Shown here: positions 62,201-64,000 of the stretch, in pieces | Position numbering within the stretch: position 1 is the first letter of the stretch | Layout of the letters: every line of letters starts with the position of its first letter | DNA from: Trueperaceae bacterium | GTDB lineage: Bacteria; Deinococcota; Deinococci; Deinococcales; Trueperaceae | Direction: 5' to 3' | Assembly: GCA_965213925.1 (NCBI GenBank) | Contig: OZ243927.1 | Location: 3,520,001 to 3,584,000 of the forward strand | DNA length: 64,000 nt | Notes under the pieces: generated by a model | Databases searched by the model: none | Seen by the model: the letters and a program-made list of their open reading frames with translations, nothing else | What the model was told of the DNA's origin: nothing | Translations under genes and position numbers: made by a program

Positions 62201-63925
62201 CAAGAATTAGAAATCAAGATGGCGCAGGGCTCCAAACCCGGCGAGGGCGGGCAGATTCCCGGTCACAAGGTCAACGACGAGATCGCCCGCATCCGCCGCA
62301 GCGTCCCCGGCGTCACCCTCATCTCGCCGCCGCCGCACCACGACATCTACTCGATCGAGGACTTGGCGCAGCTCATCTACGACCTCAAGCGGGTGAACCG
62401 CACGGCGAGGGTCGGCGTCAAGCTCGTGGCTACCGCCGGTGTAGGCACGGTGGCGGCAGGCGTGGCGAAGGGCTACGCAGACAACATTCAAATTTCCGGC
62501 AACGACGGCGGTACGGGCGCATCCCCTCTTTCGTCGGTCAAGCACGCGGGCGTCCCTTGGGAACTCGGGCTCGCGGAGGTGCAGCAAGTCTTGATCGAGA
62601 ACGACCTGCGCGGGCGCGTCTCGCTGCGGGTGGACGGCGGCATGAAGACCGGGCGAGACGTGATCGTCGGCGCGCTTTTGGGCGCAGAGGAGTACGGCTT
62701 CGGCACGGCGGCTTTAGTCGCCGCGGGCTGCGCGATGATTCGTCAGTGCCACCTCAACACCTGCCCGGTGGGTGTAGCGACCCAGCGCGAGGACCTGCGT
62801 AAGAAGTATCCGGGTCAGCCGGAGCACGTGGTGAACTTCATGGTGTATGTGGCGCAGCAAGTCCGCATGATTTTGGCGGAGATGGGTTTTCGGAGTCTGG
62901 ATGAGGTCGTCGGGCGCGTGGACCTCTTGGAGGCGAAAGAGGTCACGCTGCCTAAAGCGACGCTCGACCTCTCCGCCATTTTGCGCGACGCCGACCCGAG
63001 TGGCGAGAAGCCGCGCCGCTCGCAGCAGCGCCGTAATGACCGCCCGGAAGAAGAGGTTCCGTTGGATGAGATCATCTGGCGGGATGCGGTGAATACCGTT
63101 CAGACGCAGCAACCTCTTTTTAAGCGCTACCCCATCACTAACCGTGAGCGCTCGGTAGGGGCGCGGCTCGCTGGGGAGATTGCCAGGGTGCACCCCCAAG
63201 GTTTACCCGCCGGCACGATTCGGCTGCACCTTCAAGGGATTGCCGGGCAGACCTTCGGCGTTTTTAACAGCGCGGGCGTCACGCTCGACTTAGAAGGCGA
63301 AGCCCAGGATTACGTCGGCAAAGGGATGGCGGGCGGCGAGATCATTGTGCGTCCCCGCGAAGGTGCGGCGCTGACCCCGCAGGAGAACACCATCATCGGC
63401 AACACGGTCATGTACGGCGCGACGGGCGGCAGCCTCTACGCTGCCGGGCACGCGGGCGAACGGCTCTGCGTGCGCAACTCGGGCGGACGCGCCGTCGTCG
63501 AAGGCTGCGGCGACCACGGCTGCGAATACATGACGGGCGGCGTGACCGTCGTTTTAGGCAAGACCGGGCGCAACTTCGGCGCGGGCATGTCGGGCGGGGT
63601 GGCGTATGTACTCGATACGGACGGCTCCTCCGAAGACAACCTCAACCCTACGATGGTCGCTTTGGAGCGCGTCGCGCCGGGAATCGACGAAGACCTCCTC
63701 CGCATGATGATTGAGCGTCACAAGGCGCTGACGGACAGTCCGAAAGCAAAGGCGCTGCTGGCAAATTGGCAGCAGACCCTTTCGCAGTTCTGGAAAGTTG
63801 CGCCGCGTCCGAGCGTCGAAGACGCGGCGGCCGAGGAGCAGAGCATCAAGGTCGTCGAGGCGGCGGCGCTTAGAGCTGTGCAGCTCGAGGCTGAGGCGAC
63901 GCGCACGGATTCGCCAGCGCTCTAA
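59291..63925 (+). CDS. gltB: Glutamate synthase large subunit (start may be GTG 59336)
   Basis: ERDACGVG, HNGEINT, EPWDGPA, QGSKPGEGG, CAMIRQCHLNTC. Confidence 0.97.
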   Translation: MFSFAGLPGAEREDLVTRYSNFQTLAYPHERDACGVGFVADIQGRRTHKILEHALTALCNLSHRGAVSADGLTGDGAGVLTQIPYRLLRRELTAQGIQLEKDSDLAVGSFFVSNFAPEDEVFGLIDEVIEDSSLGFLMWRDLPTNDDALGDDARRRRPVMRQVLLQRPEGLDDAAFERLLYLTRKRIENRLFEADLGRTYIPSFSHQTLAYKGLMVAPQLSAFYLDLADPDFETALAVFHQRYSTNTFPRWSLAQPFRFLAHNGEINTLQGNVNFMRAREMVLKSGVWGDEIDDLLPIIEPGGSDSAALDNAFELLTLSGRDLLHTLMMLAPQAYEENEQLEPELRGFYEYHAALMEPWDGPAALAFSDGRTAVAALDRNGLRPQRYWISEEGTVVVGSEAGMVDLPGETIIEKGRLGPGMMLAVDTENHRVLHDADIKAEVASRQPYAKWIEEHMLRPEPQPDVVAARGWEEGALLRAQSLFGYHKEEIERIFEPMVFGAKIPVGSMGDDTPLAVLSEQPQGLYRYFKQRFAQVTNPPIDPLRERLVMSLETVVGPRGSLLEEDEMSARVMEFDSPVLDEGTFNWLRTQTLYRVCTLQTSFEVAEGPEGLEPALETLCQSAEEAVRSGCGVLVLSDREVDSDWAPIPMLLATAAVHHHLLKLGLRTRTALVCDTGEPREDHHIACLIGYGAALVHPYLGFASARDVGQNTKREEPIHPEEAAQNYKKVLEQGLLKIMSKMGISAVSSYRGAQIFEAIGVSQEVTDKYFVGTPSRIGGAGLEVFARDALQFHAAALGENPALQDRGVYRFRKAGEYHALNPLVFKALHKAVRTESFEAFEEYAKRVDERPVCNLRDLLQYKKAGAPLPLEEVEPAEAIVKRFTTQAMSHGSVSRETHETLSIAMNRLQAKSNSGEGGEDPVRFQPYEHDLDDSDAYHSPWHPKAGDWGNSAIKQVASGRFGVTPDYLVSAQELEIKMAQGSKPGEGGQIPGHKVNDEIARIRRSVPGVTLISPPPHHDIYSIEDLAQLIYDLKRVNRTARVGVKLVATAGVGTVAAGVAKGYADNIQISGNDGGTGASPLSSVKHAGVPWELGLAEVQQVLIENDLRGRVSLRVDGGMKTGRDVIVGALLGAEEYGFGTAALVAAGCAMIRQCHLNTCPVGVATQREDLRKKYPGQPEHVVNFMVYVAQQVRMILAEMGFRSLDEVVGRVDLLEAKEVTLPKATLDLSAILRDADPSGEKPRRSQQRRNDRPEEEVPLDEIIWRDAVNTVQTQQPLFKRYPITNRERSVGARLAGEIARVHPQGLPAGTIRLHLQGIAGQTFGVFNSAGVTLDLEGEAQDYVGKGMAGGEIIVRPREGAALTPQENTIIGNTVMYGATGGSLYAAGHAGERLCVRNSGGRAVVEGCGDHGCEYMTGGVTVVLGKTGRNFGAGMSGGVAYVLDTDGSSEDNLNPTMVALERVAPGIDEDLLRMMIERHKALTDSPKAKALLANWQQTLSQFWKVAPRPSVEDAAAEEQSIKVVEAAALRAVQLEAEATRTDSPAL

Positions 63926-63939
63926 CTTCACCTTTTTTC

Positions 63940-63985
63940 ATCCCACCTGTACGCACGGTCGGTGCAGGTGGGATTTTTCATTTTT
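63940..63985 (+). terminator. Intrinsic terminator after gltB
   Basis: ATCCCACCTGTAC-loop-GTGCAGGTGGGAT followed by T tracts. Confidence 0.8.
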
Positions 63986-64000
63986 GCCCAGCAATGTAAC

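Overview
GC-rich chromosomal segment from a Deinococcota bacterium, probably Truepera-like (inferred from the adjacent DUF3248/DUF3809 genes, a Thermus-type SpoVS and a soluble PhoR). It is mostly housekeeping: gap-pgk, phoBR/phoU, mnmE, lon, hisN, ilvE, galE, ispG, crtB, rsmB, ilvBNC-leuA-cimA and gltB. I saw no rRNA, tRNA, CRISPR array, transposase or integrase. Non-routine features: (1) an uncharacterised CstA / CC-stop small protein / ArsA-ATPase operon interrupted by GNAT, ParDE and EF-Tu-domain-III-like cassettes, with a duplicated arsA 5' end marking the insertion. (2) Seven copies of a composite repeat in which a TGTCA-type REP doublet sits inside a TIR-bounded MITE shell, several with 3-bp TNA duplications, plus a second MITE, GTAG REPs and heptamer hairpin repeats. 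(3) Three genes that seem to need non-canonical start codons: spoVS ATC, rsmB ATC and phoR CTG. (4) An unannotated ilv leader peptide and attenuator. (5) A LOV-PAS-PAS-GGDEF-EAL photoreceptor. (6) Tandem lipoproteins built from EPND repeats. (7) xisHI and other cassettes inside the leu operon. Frameshifts in crtB and the RND gene may be sequencing errors. All calls come from reading motifs by eye; no database searches were run.
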